A stretch of DNA of 64,000 nucleotides, taken from positions 1,178,001 to 1,242,000 of the forward strand of contig AP026125.1 in the NCBI GenBank assembly GCA_030295235.1. The letters run 5' to 3'. The stretch comes from Fistulifera solaris. Lineage: Eukaryota. Shown in pieces: positions 51,170 through 63,180 of this stretch (positions within the stretch are counted from its first letter, which is position 1; each line of letters starts with the position of its first letter). A model generated the notes under the pieces. It saw only the letters and a program-made list of their open reading frames with translations. It searched no databases and was not told the origin of the DNA. Both the position numbers and the translations under genes were made by a program.

Positions 51170-51642
51170 ATGGACAGAGGCGAGCAAGTTCCGGAGTCAA
51201 CGGTAAATGCTGAAAATTCTGCATCAGAACAACCTGCGGAGCAGTTGGTGGCTGATGCTTCAGACGCTTTAGGAGAGAATCTTCCGGAGGCAGAGTCGGA
51301 CGACGACGACGTAACCGTTATCATGCTAGACCAGACTGCGGAGAGTCAAGGTCACGGAGCGCTCGAATGGATTGAGCAGACCGGCCCGGAAATGGAAGAA
51401 CGCCGCCGCAATGTATTGCTCCGCGAACTGCGTCGCGTCCAGAGAGCTAGCTTTTACATTTCGCTCTATTGTGCCTCATTCCCACCGCACTCTTACTCAT
51501 TGTGGTCGCTACGGTTATTGGAGACGAAGAAGAATGCAGTTCGGATGCCACTTTCTGCGAACTTGAACCTCGCACCTTTATTAATGCGTTTACAACACGC
51601 TGTGTATGCGATCCGATCCCCGTGTCTCGGGTTTCGAACTAA
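51170..51642 (+). CDS. Small single-pass membrane protein with Cys-containing C-terminus (frameshift ~51455)
   Basis: Acidic N-terminus, RRRNVLLRELRRVQR, then after a frame change LHFALLCLIPTALLLIVVATVIG and C..C..CVC. Confidence 0.5.
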
Positions 51643-51840
51643 TGAGATAAACCATTTCGCTCATGATCGCATGCTGTAAATCGGCGTCTGTCATGCATTG
51701 CAAGTCACTGCCTTTTCGGGCGTATAGCCGTCAATACGCATTGATGCATTTACATTATAAGTTATTATGATAATCCACATTATTTATGAAGTTTTCAAGG
51801 AACATTCAAGTACATACCGACTGATGGCCTTCCTAGATCG

Positions 51841-52836
51841 TCACCTCCCGCCCGCGTTCATGACCAGTGTTATCTGTAGACAAGGTGCTTCTCCTTGCTC
51901 GGTTCGGAAAGTGTTCACCACCAGCCTGACATCCAGGCTGCTTTCCCTAAAGACACAAGAGGTAAACATATCAGCAGATATGGCTTGTCGAGGAAATACT
52001 GAATTAGTCTGGAAAACTCGAGCTTGTTGGAGAATGGAATGTGTCTCATCACACTGACAACGTGTTGACTTCTCCCACTCGCCCCGCATTCCGTTGTCGA
52101 ATCTCTCAAAAGGTGTTAGCTTGAGTGATATATGAGCTTCGCCCGCGCGTTCCGATTTTGTAGGGAAATCAAGAGTTCGGAGCTTGCAGCGTGTAATCGT
52201 CACTATGTATGGGTGATTCGACTCTGGTGAAATCGCGCCGCTCAGAAGATCAACCGCGCGAATCTCAGTGACGGGATCTACTGACACCCGGATGCAATCA
52301 TCGATATCATGATAGGCGGCAGGACCGATCCCAATTTCAAATACTAGCTCAGATGCCCGAACAGAGGACACTGAGCAAGTAGTATTGCCGCGCTCTCCCA
52401 AAGCAGAAATGAGGCTGCCGAGTTTCTGGTCCATAAAGTTGATATCATCCCTAATCCGAACGCTTTCAATATTTTCGAGGAATTTTTCAGTGCAGTCTAA
52501 TGCAAGGGATGACTGGTAGTCATCGCAGTTTTCTGTGGCAAGGTTCTCAACCAATGTCGCAGTTTGACGAAGCATTGATGGCAGAGTAATAAGGATAGCT
52601 GATCGGCAAGCTCTTTGTGTATGAGAGCAGGTGAGTTCGATCGGTGACAAAGAGCGAGCCAGGTGATTTGCTCGCTGAAAACAATCCTCGTATCGTGATA
52701 GGCACTTGGAGACATGGTTGTTCGCATTGGCTTTCAATTTAGGAATTTCGATTACGCGGCCGTTTTGGCTCAGATCATCCAATACAATCCGATTAATCAC
52801 CTCAGGAGAAGGCGGCTGTGTTTCCAGGGGTGGCAT
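51841..52836 (-). CDS. Hypothetical protein (~330 aa)
   Basis: Single long ORF; no family recognised. Confidence 0.55.
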   Translation of the reverse strand: MPPLETQPPSPEVINRIVLDDLSQNGRVIEIPKLKANANNHVSKCLSRYEDCFQRANHLARSLSPIELTCSHTQRACRSAILITLPSMLRQTATLVENLATENCDDYQSSLALDCTEKFLENIESVRIRDDINFMDQKLGSLISALGERGNTTCSVSSVRASELVFEIGIGPAAYHDIDDCIRVSVDPVTEIRAVDLLSGAISPESNHPYIVTITRCKLRTLDFPTKSERAGEAHISLKLTPFERFDNGMRGEWEKSTRCQCDETHSILQQARVFQTNSVFPRQAISADMFTSCVFRESSLDVRLVVNTFRTEQGEAPCLQITLVMNAGGR

Positions 52837-53190
52837 ACTAATTATTTCGTTTACAATTTTGATGAAGTTCAAGATGGGCAAAGTCCATTTCTATGGAATG
52901 AAAGATTTTTCGGGGGGTGCGGAGTTGAAAGGTGAGGAGAGCGGAAGCGGAGCAAGGAGCGGAGTGTCCATCAAGCTGACAAATGTCTGTCACTGTTGGT
53001 ACTTTATGCTCTACATGGCCGAGTTTAAGGAGGAGTCGAATAACCCTTTTACGTTTTAGACTTAGACTAACTTTCCTTTCGTGGCTTCTCTCATTCCATA
53101 CTATAGCTCTTCATAGTAGTCTGGGGTAAATAAAATCGGAGAAACTCTTAACCTTACTTGAACAGAACACAGAGCACACAAGCACACCAA

Positions 53191-54100
53191 GGACCAGGAA
53201 GAATGTTAATATACTCTCTTTTCATAGTCGTTATGTCCTAAGACACCATCAATATGAGTTTGAGTCCTGCTTAGTACTGAATGATTTTTATTCATACGCG
53301 CATAAAAACATCACTTGGACTTGGAAAAACGAAATTTTTACATAGAGCTATATTTTTCAACAATTATCGCTATTTCCCTTTCCGCGAAAAGAAACATCAT
53401 CAGCGGCGAAGTAATCTCGAAAAAAAGACACAAGTGTTGATTTTGTCTTTTTTTTCGAGACACGTCTTTTTTCGAGATCTTTGAAAAAGACGTGTCTCGA
53501 AAAAAAAGACAAACTTTAAGATCGACATTCTTATTAAGGTTATTTTTGAGACTACCATTTCTTACACAAACAACTAGAGACCCCACCCCTACTTCTACTA
53601 ATTTTGCATCATTCGCGCTCCGATGCTGATGCGATCATGACGAATCACATGCGGGTGCGATGGATAAGTGGAAATGGGCGATCCGCGCAATCCGCGATGC
53701 TCGATCCGTGATCTGTTTATCCGATCTTGTTTTGAGAATAGAAAATATCCTTAATCGGAAATCTGCATTTTCTTTGCGATGTCTTTTTTTCGAGATGCAT
53801 CTCTTTTCAAAGATCTCTAAAAGAGACGAGTCGTCTCGAAAAAAAGACAAAATCAACATTCGTGTCTTTTTCTCGAGACTTCGCCGCTCCTCATAGTTTC
53901 TTTCGCCGAAAGGTAAATAACAAAAATGTTGAAAAATGTTTCTCTATGTAAGATTTTCGTTTTTCATGTGCAAAAGTGTGTTTCTATGCGCGTATGAATA
54001 CAAGTCATTCAGAATTAAACGGTACACAAATCTACATTTACCGTGTCTTAGGAAACTTCGACTATCAGAAAAAGAGTAAAGTAACATTCTTCCAGGGACC
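53191..54100. mobile_element. Non-autonomous foldback/MITE-like element with ~350-bp imperfect terminal inverted repeats
   Basis: Left arm (ggaagaatgtta...cctaagacac...ctgaatga...attcatacgcgcata...gcggcgaagt..tctcga) is mirrored in order by the right arm (tcgagacttcgccgc...tatgcgcgtatgaat...tcattcag...gtgtcttagg...taacattcttcc); AT-rich and non-coding. Confidence 0.75.
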
Positions 54101-54294
54101 AGGGCTTCGCGTTTCCATGTCGCTGCGTTTTTCAAAGCTCGCAGTTTTCGTCTTCGTCGCAGCCGTCAGCAACGCGTTGACATCTGCAGAATGACAACAG
54201 CAAGAAGATGCTGATGACGAGTGCGGATAAGACGACGCATCTATAACCAAAAGCAGAGACACCAACCTAGAAACAAACTATCATTGCCCATAAA

Positions 54295-54677
54295 ATGAAA
54301 CCGGTCGCTAGCTTGCTCTCAATCCTCATTGCCATTATGGCTTTTGTTGCGCCGGCCATGGCATTCACTAGACAGTCGGCCGTTCGTACCTTTGCTCGCC
54401 AAGCAACATTGGCGAAGATGAGCTTTCTCCCGGAACCGGAACGGGAAAAACTGACCCGTGAATCAGAGCCAGAGGAATTCTTCAAGACGTAAGTTCATGC
54501 TTCGAAATCTTGCTATATCTTTGTTGAGAATTAACGAGAATCTCAACGATTATTTGTTTCATTAGCAACACCGACAAGATGTCTGACAAAGACAAGATTC
54601 CGATTGCTATCGCTGGAGTGGCGTTTATTACCATACCTTTCATTGCTGGGTTAATCGCGCTCTACGCTGCGAAATAA
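54295..54677 (+). CDS. Small plastid-targeted single-TM (probably thylakoid) protein, intron 54489-54565
   Basis: Bipartite presequence (..APAMA|FTRQ); mature LTRESEPEEFFKTNTDKMSDKDKIPIAIAGVAFITIPFIAGLIALYAAK. Confidence 0.75.
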
Positions 54678-55247
54678 AGAGAGCATTCTCGCTTTCGACA
54701 AACATTCATTACGAACTACGTATGACCTGTCCATTGGGCCAATTACTGTCGCTAATAAAAGCTTTTATCAGCTAGCAACTAGCATCGCTATTGGTAACTT
54801 GTGCATCTCGTTAGATCGTTGGGCAGCTTCGACAAGCGCCAATGACTAACCATCGTCAATCGTCTACAAAATTGTGCTAAATTCCATCATCCAATCTCTT
54901 TTTATCATAAATTCATCAAAACTGTGCAACTCAAATTCGATGCGCAGTTGTCCTGTAGGGGTCTACTTCATCGCCCTAGAAATCTCTTTTGAATTCGATT
55001 TTATTCGTCTTCGCGTGAAGATCCTCGCAGCAGCCTCGCAGCAAAGTTGAATAATCAAATGTACTATGGCACTAATGTGTATACGACTCTTTACCGTGAC
55101 TGTGTTGTAATTTAGTCATGAGTCGTCCTTCTATTTTCCAGATATGATCGTCGCATTGCTGCCATCCAAACTCAAAGGTCGCAAACTTTAGTTGTGAAAA
55201 AATTTTAGGCGCTTTTCTCTATTCTGAAGGCTGCAAAAGATCTGGGC

Positions 55248-56956
55248 ATGAGTAAGGAATCGATACGTGAAAAAACGATCAAATTGGCCACCCCACAAAA
55301 AAACGACGGTCGATTGGGGTTTCGTTCTTCAGGAATGTCGTCATCAGCGAATGCGCTTGGAAGAGAGTAGTGGAACGAAGGAAGATTGGGCCTCGTTCCT
55401 GGATCTATTCTATCAATACGGCACACATATTGCGAGTCAACTATCAATATACTGTCAGCGCTTATCGGCAAGGAAAGGTTCTTCCAGCGTCGACGGAAAA
55501 GAAGTGATTCGTGACACAAGAAACGCTTTGCGCATCGCGGTTTCGTTTAATTCCAATTTTGAAGCAAGCTATCGAGAGGTTGTTCAGAAAAATTCAATAG
55601 ATATTTGGACGGAACGTGTGCTTGATATTCTTTCTTCGCAGAGAGGCGATGCCAAATGCCGTTTATTTGCTGCTCAGTTACTGAGTAATCTGGTAACCCA
55701 GAACGCGCACACAGCTCAAAAAAATCAATAAACTCGTATCATTCGCGCCCTCTAATTCACAAATATGTTCATCGCTGCAGAACGTCGTTGTTTCTTTCGA
55801 TGGAGATGATGTCGCCGAGAGTACGAGTCGCTCTTTCAATTGGGTCGACATGATGCTTTGTGCGTCGAAAAGTAACAATCGAGAGGCTCTCGCCGCTATC
55901 GTCGCCGCCTTGCATAACATGTTTGCCTCGGGAGTGGAGCTTTCGACGAATTCTTTGCTGGTGTCGACGATTCTAAGACAGCTTATCGCCGCAAATTCGA
56001 TCAAAGGTTTGATACAAGGCGAGAGTTCTGAGGATATGACAGATGCAGCGACGGAGTGGATTGTTATACTGATAAGCAAGTACTGCAAGGAAGGGAAGCT
56101 ACCTTCATTGTACAGAGCTATTTCTGGGGAAAGCTTTGTCATGGAAACGTGTCTTCTTGAACAACTGGTCTTACTTCATTGTGTTAGGAGTATCGTGGAC
56201 GACCCCATAGGCCAAGCGACCGATCGGTATGGCAGATTGGGATCGAAAGTTGATGGGTTTGGCAGTTTAGCGACACACCTTTTTCTGTCGGAAATACTCG
56301 CTAGTCTACTGGCAAGAAGTTTTGTTTCAAAGCAAGTCGGAAGCTCAAGTAAGGAAGATACGTCGCTGGTTGACTCGGCGTCGTCCACGATCTTGTACAT
56401 CCTTTCGGAAACTCTCACCGCGGATTCCGAAGAAACGTCACAAATCCGGATTTGTATGGGTCAGAATACTGAATTGATACCAGTTGCGTGTAAAGCCCTT
56501 GGAGACGTGTACGATAGGATAACATTGAGAAATACGGGACGCAACGCCAGGGAAACCTTAATCGACGATGATGAACAAGCACAAATGGTCGGTCTAGTGC
56601 GGCTTTTAGGCAATCTGGCGTACGGCTGCAAAGATAATCAGGATGCGATTCGCCAGACTGCTGTTCCGGTACCAGAAAGCGTGACAGATGCTCGACATGG
56701 CGAGGAGAGAGGCGGACTTCACGTACTCTTATCATGCACGGCCTATTCTCACGCATGCTTCACCTTACGGGAATGGGCAGTCGTCGCTATTCGTAATGTC
56801 TTGGAGAATAACACTGCAAACCAAGAGTTGGTTGAGCAGCTTGAGGCTAAGCAGGGTGTCCAAAGTGCTGTCATGAATGACATGGGAATACAAGTCAATG
56901 TCGAGCCCAAAAGTGGTAAAGTTGAGGTAAGGACCTTAGAAAAAATCATTGGGTAG
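55248..56956 (+). CDS. Ataxin-10-like ARM-repeat protein (frameshifts ~55272 and ~55722)
   Basis: C-terminal LVRLLGNLAY..KDNQD, GGLHVLLSCT and LREWAVVAIRNVLENN.ANQELV..L ataxin-10 signature. Confidence 0.8.
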
Positions 56957-57036
56957 GCAATGCTGATGAACGCCAAAAGCTTTATATTCTTTCTTATTAT
57001 ACTTTACGCGATCGATATAAAATATACGGAATATTA

Positions 57037-58026
57037 TTAATTTTCTTCCAAATCGCGCTGCAAGCGTCGGATGTCACTTCTGGCTAAAGCCTGATTGCGG
57101 GCTTGCTGTTCATCAATTCTACTCTTCAAATCGTCAATATAGTCCAAAGCAAAGTCCTGCTCTGCCGCTTTTCTAACAGTAGTCCAAAACTCGTCCATTC
57201 CGTTTCCGGTCATGGCCGAAACACCGCAAGCATTCGCAAAACTCGAGTAGAACTCGTCCAAAGCCATACTCAGACTTCTCGTGAGAGACCCGTAAAATCC
57301 GGACGAGTCTGATACTTCGTCTAGTACCTTTTGAAATGCTTCATAATCTCTCATCCACTCCAAACAAAATTCGTGAGAGACGACATCTGTTTTATTGAAC
57401 ACTACCACCAATGGCAAACGTGTTCGATACAGCATACTGCACGCGTAGAGCATATTGCTCATGAAGGTGTTGGGCGACGACGCACAACGCACCGTGTCAA
57501 CGACGAAACAGAGAACGGTGGGAAACGCCGAAGCGAGTGATTCACTCATAATGGAACCGGATGCTGACCACGTGAATGCTTCAATCTGACCGGGTGTGTC
57601 TATGATAATGTAGTCCATGGGCGGATTGGGAGTTTGCTCGGTCGAAGTCGTTTCTTGCTCATCCGGATACGCTCTACGTTCCAGTATTCCCATAACTTGG
57701 TCGAACTTTGTTGTGAACAAGTTAAGTGAAGTCATGATTGCCCCGTTTGGTCCCAATTTGTGTTGTTTCATGACTTCCTTGTAATTGATAGTGTCACGAA
57801 TGTCGATGGACGCTTCGTAAGGAACACTCAACGTGGCTGGATCTAAATTCACACAGTAGGCCGACTGACCCAGATCTTCTTCCAATGACTCTTGTATTCG
57901 ATTGACTAATGACGTCTTTCCGGAGCCGGCCATTCCCACACAGATGATGCAAATCGGGTTCTTTTCTCGTGTCTGCAGTCGTTCGACAACCGGAGGTAAC
58001 GGTAGCGTCTTTGGTGTGCTTGTCAT
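57037..58026 (-). CDS. GPN1: GPN-loop GTPase 1
   Basis: GMAGSGKT, NLDPA, LGPNGAIMTSLNLF, DTPGQIEAFTWSASG and FMSNMLYACS. Confidence 0.95.
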   Translation of the reverse strand: MTSTPKTLPLPPVVERLQTREKNPICIICVGMAGSGKTSLVNRIQESLEEDLGQSAYCVNLDPATLSVPYEASIDIRDTINYKEVMKQHKLGPNGAIMTSLNLFTTKFDQVMGILERRAYPDEQETTSTEQTPNPPMDYIIIDTPGQIEAFTWSASGSIMSESLASAFPTVLCFVVDTVRCASSPNTFMSNMLYACSMLYRTRLPLVVVFNKTDVVSHEFCLEWMRDYEAFQKVLDEVSDSSGFYGSLTRSLSMALDEFYSSFANACGVSAMTGNGMDEFWTTVRKAAEQDFALDYIDDLKSRIDEQQARNQALARSDIRRLQRDLEEN

Positions 58027-58227
58027 GGCCGCGTCGTTATTTTTGAGGCCTTAGATGTTGGTTCTAGTTGTTCTGTGATCAAGTCGGTAGCTTAAGCATA
58101 CGTAAGGAAAAAGGATGTTTTAGTGCGATGACAGCGATGATAAGAAACAAAAATAGATTTTGGTAAAAATCTTTGCGGCGAAGAAACGAAATAATGGGTG
58201 GAGTGAAGGGGCTTTGAAAGTCGATTT

Positions 58228-60445
58228 TCAGAAATTCTGGACCATCGGTGTTTGCAATCTTACAGAAATTCTGTGGTGGTCCAGAAATTCTGGACCAAGT
58301 TTTTGTTCGATCCTACCGAAATGCTGCAAACGTTCCTGAATAACTGGACACGGTGTTTCGGATCCTACCGAAATGCTATGCACGTTCCAGAAGTTCTGGA
58401 CAAGGCGTTTTCGTTCATAACGAAAGAAAGTGTAAATTCCAGAAATTCTGGAATTGCTACTAGGTATTTCGGATCATACAGAAAATCTGTGGTGGTCCAG
58501 AAATTCTGGACCAAGTTTTTGTTCGATCCTACCGAAATGCTGTAAACGTTCCTGAATAACTGGACACGGTGTTTCGGATCCTACCGGAATGCTGTGCACG
58601 TTCCAGAAGTTCTGGACAAGGCGTTTTCGTTCATAACGAAAGAAAGTGTAAATTCCAGAAATTCTGGAATTGCTACTACGTATTTCGGATCATACAGAAA
58701 ATCTGTGGTGGTCCAGAAATTCTGGACCAAGTTTTTGTTCGATCCTACCGAAATGCTGCAAACGTTCCTGAATTTTTGGACACGGTGTTTCGGATCCTAA
58801 CGAAATGCTATGCACGTTCCAGAAGTTCTGGACACGGTGTTTTCGTTCATAACGAAAGAAAGTGTAAATTCCAGAAATTCTGGAATTGCTACTACGTATT
58901 TCGGATCATACAGAAAATCTGTGGTGGTCCAGAAATTCTGGACCAAGTTTTTGTTCGATCCTACCGAAATGCTGCAAACGTTCCTGAATTTTTGGACACG
59001 GTGTTTCGGATCCTAACGAAATGCTATGCACGTTCCAGAAGTTCTGGACAAGGCGTTTTCGTTCATAACGAAAGAAAGTGTAAATTCCAGAAATTCTGGA
59101 ATTGCTACTACGTATTTCGGATCATACAGAAAATCTGTGGTGGTCCAGAAATTCTGGACCAAGTTTTTGTTCGATCCTACCGAAATGCTGCAAACGTTCC
59201 TGAATAACTGGACACGGTGTTTCGGATCCTACCGAAATGCTATGCACGTTCCAGAAGTTCTGGACAAGGCGTTTTCGTTCATAACGAAAGAAAGTGTAAA
59301 TTCCAGAAATTCTGGAATTGCTACTACGTATTTCGGATCATACAGAAAATCTGTGGTGGTCCAGAAATTCTGGATCAAGTTTTTGTTCGATCCTACCGAA
59401 ATGCTGCAAACGTTCCTGAATTTTTGGACACGGTCTTTCGGATCCTAACGAAATGCTATGCACGTTCCAGAAGTTCTGGACAAGGCGTTTTCGTTCATAA
59501 CGAAAGAAAGTGTAAATTCCAGAAATTCTGGAATTGCTACTACGTATTTTGGATCATACAGAAAATCTGTGGTGGTCCAGAAATTCTGGACCAAGTTTTT
59601 GTTCGATCCTACCGAAATGCTGCAAACGTTCCTGAATAACTGGACACGGTGTTTCGGATCCTACCGGAATGCTGTGCACGTTCCAGAAGTTCTGGACAAG
59701 GCGTTTTCGTTCATAACGAAAGAAAGTGTAAATTCCAGAAATTCTGGAATTGCTACTACGTATTTCGGATCATACAGAAAATCTGTGGTGGTCCAGAAAT
59801 TCTGGACCAAGTTTTTGTTCGATCCTACCGAAATGCTGCAAACGTTCCTGAATTTTTGGACACGGTCTTTCGGATCCTAACGAAATGCTATGCACGTTCC
59901 AGAAGTTCTGGACAAGGCGTTTTCGTTCATAACGAAAGAAAGTGTAAATTCCAGAAATTCTGGAATTGCTACTACGTATTTCGGATCATACAGAAAATCT
60001 GTGGTGGTCCAGAAATTCTGGACCAAGTTTTTGTTCGATCCTACCGAAATGCTGCAAACGTTCCTGAATAACTGGACACGGTGTTTCGGATCCTAACGAA
60101 ATGCTATGCACGTTCCAGAAGTTCTGGACAAGGCGTTTTCGTTCATAACGAAAGAAAGTGTAAATTCCAGAAATTCTGGAATTGCTACTACGTATTTCGG
60201 ATCATACAGAAAATCTGTGGTGGTCCAGAAATTCTGGACCAAGTTTTTGTTCGATCCTACCGAAATGCTGCAAACGTTCCTGAATAACTGGACACGGTGT
60301 TTCGGATCCTACCGGAATGCTGTGCATGTTCCAGAAGTTTCCAGAAGTTCTGGACACGGTGTTTTCGTTCATAACGAAAGAAGGTACATTCTCCAAATTT
60401 CCGGAATGGCTACCTCTGATCACACAGAAATTCTGTGGTGGTCCT
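58228..60445. repeat. 216-bp tandem satellite, ~10 copies, each made of four diverged ~54-bp subunits
   Basis: GTTCCAGAAGTTCTGGACA recurs every 216 bp (58384, 58600, 58816 ... 60112, with a variant at ~60328); subunits of 53+58+53+52 bp each begin with the TCCAGAA-N-TTCTGGA dyad or a degenerate version. Confidence 0.97.
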
Positions 60446-60696
60446 TGTGTTTTGAATGTCGCACTAACTGAAACATTCCACGTGTCATTATGACCGCTGA
60501 CGGTCGTGCGAAGCGAGGAAAGATCCCCTGTTACATTTTACTTGATACAAGCAATCGAGCTAAAAAAATAAGGCGAAAAACCAAAAACAGGACAGATCGC
60601 GTCGCTTTTCCATTTTCATTTTTCTGCCCATCATAACAACAACATTACGCTTGTATCAGTCAAGTTCTTTACTCTAATCAACTCTATTTTTGAAGC

Positions 60697-63180
60697 ATGA
60701 GATTCTCTAAAGTTGTCGTGCAGGCGCTCGCGCTTCTCCTCGTTCATAGCAATTTCCCTTTTCCTGCGTTTCGTTCGACGGGTAAGTGGCGATCGACCTG
60801 AGGACAAGGTCCGATGACGTGCGCTCTCTTCCTATCGGTCTCTAACTCACGACGCGACAGGCATCACTCTAGCTCAGGCTCAAGAAGCAGGTATCGTCGA
60901 AAAGGGAGAAGTGTACAAGTTTGAAGCCGAAGTGCATCGAATGTTGGACATTGTCGTCAATTCCCTTTATCAGAATAATGACGTCTTCCTCCGAGAGTTG
61001 ATTTCCAATGGAAGCGATGCTATCGATAAGTTCCGATACATGTCTCTCACCGAACCGGAAAAGTATAAAGTTGAAGGAGAAGACGAAGTCCCTCTCGAAG
61101 TCAAAATTGAATACGATGCGGAGGAACAGACACTCACCGTTCGCGATACTGGTATTGGGATGACACACGACGAGCTCGTCAGCAACTTGGGAACCGTAGC
61201 ACGCAGTGGAACGACCAAATTCATGAATGCGTTGAAAGAAAGTGGAAATGCTGACAGCACGATGAGTCAAATTGGTCAGTTCGGTGTGGGCTTTTACTCG
61301 GCGTTTCTCGTCGCCGACAAGGTCACCGTCGCCTCCAAGAGTCCTCTCGATAGCGTGCAGTACGTTTGGGAAAGTGAAAACGGCTCGGCGAGTTTCAATG
61401 TGTATCCGGATCCGCGAGGAAATACGTTGCTACGGGGTACCGAGATTACGTTGCATTTGAAAGAGAATGCGCTCGAGTATGCTGACCCGGACCGTTTACG
61501 AGAATTGGCAAAACATTATTCCGAGTTTGTCGTTTATCCGATTTCGTTGCGTACCACCAAGACGATCCGCGTTCTGGACGAAGAAGAAGAAGATCCGACG
61601 AAAGCGGAAACGGAAGATGACAAGAAAGACGATGAGGAAATTGCCGTCGAAGAGGAAGAAGAAAGTCCCAAGGAGAAAAAGTTCAAGGATCTCAAGACAC
61701 ATCAATACGAAGTGCTGAATGGAAATCCTGCTCTATGGACCCGTGACAAGGAAGATATTTCGGAAGAAGAATACAAATCTTTCTGGCACACACTGGCTGG
61801 TGAACAGGCCGAGGAGTATGTTGGACACAGCCATTTTACGGCAGAAGGAAACATCAATTTCAAATCATTGCTGTACCTCCCGAACGAAGTCCCTGCTCAT
61901 TACAGGCTTGGTAGCATCGATAATGTTGAAAAGGGGATGCGCTTGTTCGTTCGTCGGGTTCTGATCAGTGATTCGTTTGAGCTTTTGCCACGATACCTGG
62001 GTTTTATTCGTGGTGTGGTTGACTCCGACGATCTCCCATTAAACGTCAATCGCGAAACATTGCAAGAAAGCAAAATTCTCCAAGTCATCAAAAGAAAGTT
62101 GTTCGAAAAGCCATTGATATGATCAAACACTTTGCCGATGAAAACGATGAAATCAAGGACGAGCTTGACGACGAGGGCAATCCCATCGAGCCCGACGATC
62201 AGGCCGTATCGAAGTACATTACGTGGTATAAAAAGTTCTCCCCGAACATCAAGCTGGGTGTCATTGAAGACGAACCGAATCGCGCCAAGCTTTCGAAGCT
62301 TCTTCGTTTTCAAACGTCCAAGTCGGAAGGCAAGTTTATCTCTTTAGACAAGTACGTGGAGAACATGAAAGACTGGCAGAAGAACATTTACGTACTTGGA
62401 GGCACGAGCGCTGAAGAGATTGCGAAGTCACCTTTCCTAGAAACGGCTAAAGAAAAAGACGTTGAAGTTTTGTTTTTGACGGATGCCATAGACGAGTATC
62501 TTGTGAAGCAGATTGTTGATTACAAGAACAACAAGTTCATGCACTTGTCTAGTGAAGGCGTCAAGTTCCAAGACGAGTCCGCTGATCTTGTTGCACGACG
62601 AGAAAAATACTACAGAAAGAAATTCAAGCCGCTTATTGAATGGCTTCGAAAGCTGTATCAGGGGTCGGTCTTACGTGTCCAAGTTGCCAAGCGCAGTCTT
62701 GGTCAAATTCCAGCGGTTGTTTCCAGCTCGGACTTTGGCAACAGCGCTAATATGGAGCGCATTCTGAGAGCCCAGGCATTTCAACACGGTGTGGATGAGA
62801 GGGGATACATGGCCATGAAAGTTTTCGAAATCAATCCACGTCACCCTTTGATCGTCAAGCTTTTCGAAGGCGTGGGATCCGGAGACGACGACGTATCACA
62901 AGATTTGATTGATGCTGCATTGATGATTCACGATATGGCAATGTTGAATGGCGGCTTTCCAATTGGTGATCCAGTGGCTCATAACAATAGGTTGTTGAAG
63001 GTGCTACAGGGAAGCTTCGGATTGGATAGCTTGGCGTTAGAACCGGAGTTGGATCCAGCAGAGTTCGAAGAGGATGAAGAAGAAAGTCCAAAAACTACCG
63101 CGGGTGGGCTAAACGCCGAGGATTTCGAAGAGTTGAACATTAATGATCTTATCATCGATGCGGACAAAGACGAGTTATAA
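60697..63180 (+). CDS. HSP90B1: Endoplasmin / GRP94 (ER Hsp90), intron 60782-60860, frameshift ~62100
   Basis: Signal peptide; FEAEVHRMLDIVVNSLY, FLRELISNGSDAIDK, IGQFGVGFYSAFLVAD, GVVDSDDLPLNVNRETLQ; C-terminal KDEL. Confidence 0.95.

Noticed and set aside
58252..60471. Repeated ORFs (MHVPEVLDK..., MFRIL...) in the satellite
   Set aside because: A by-product of a unit length divisible by three; variants introduce stops in different frames and the peptides resemble no known family.
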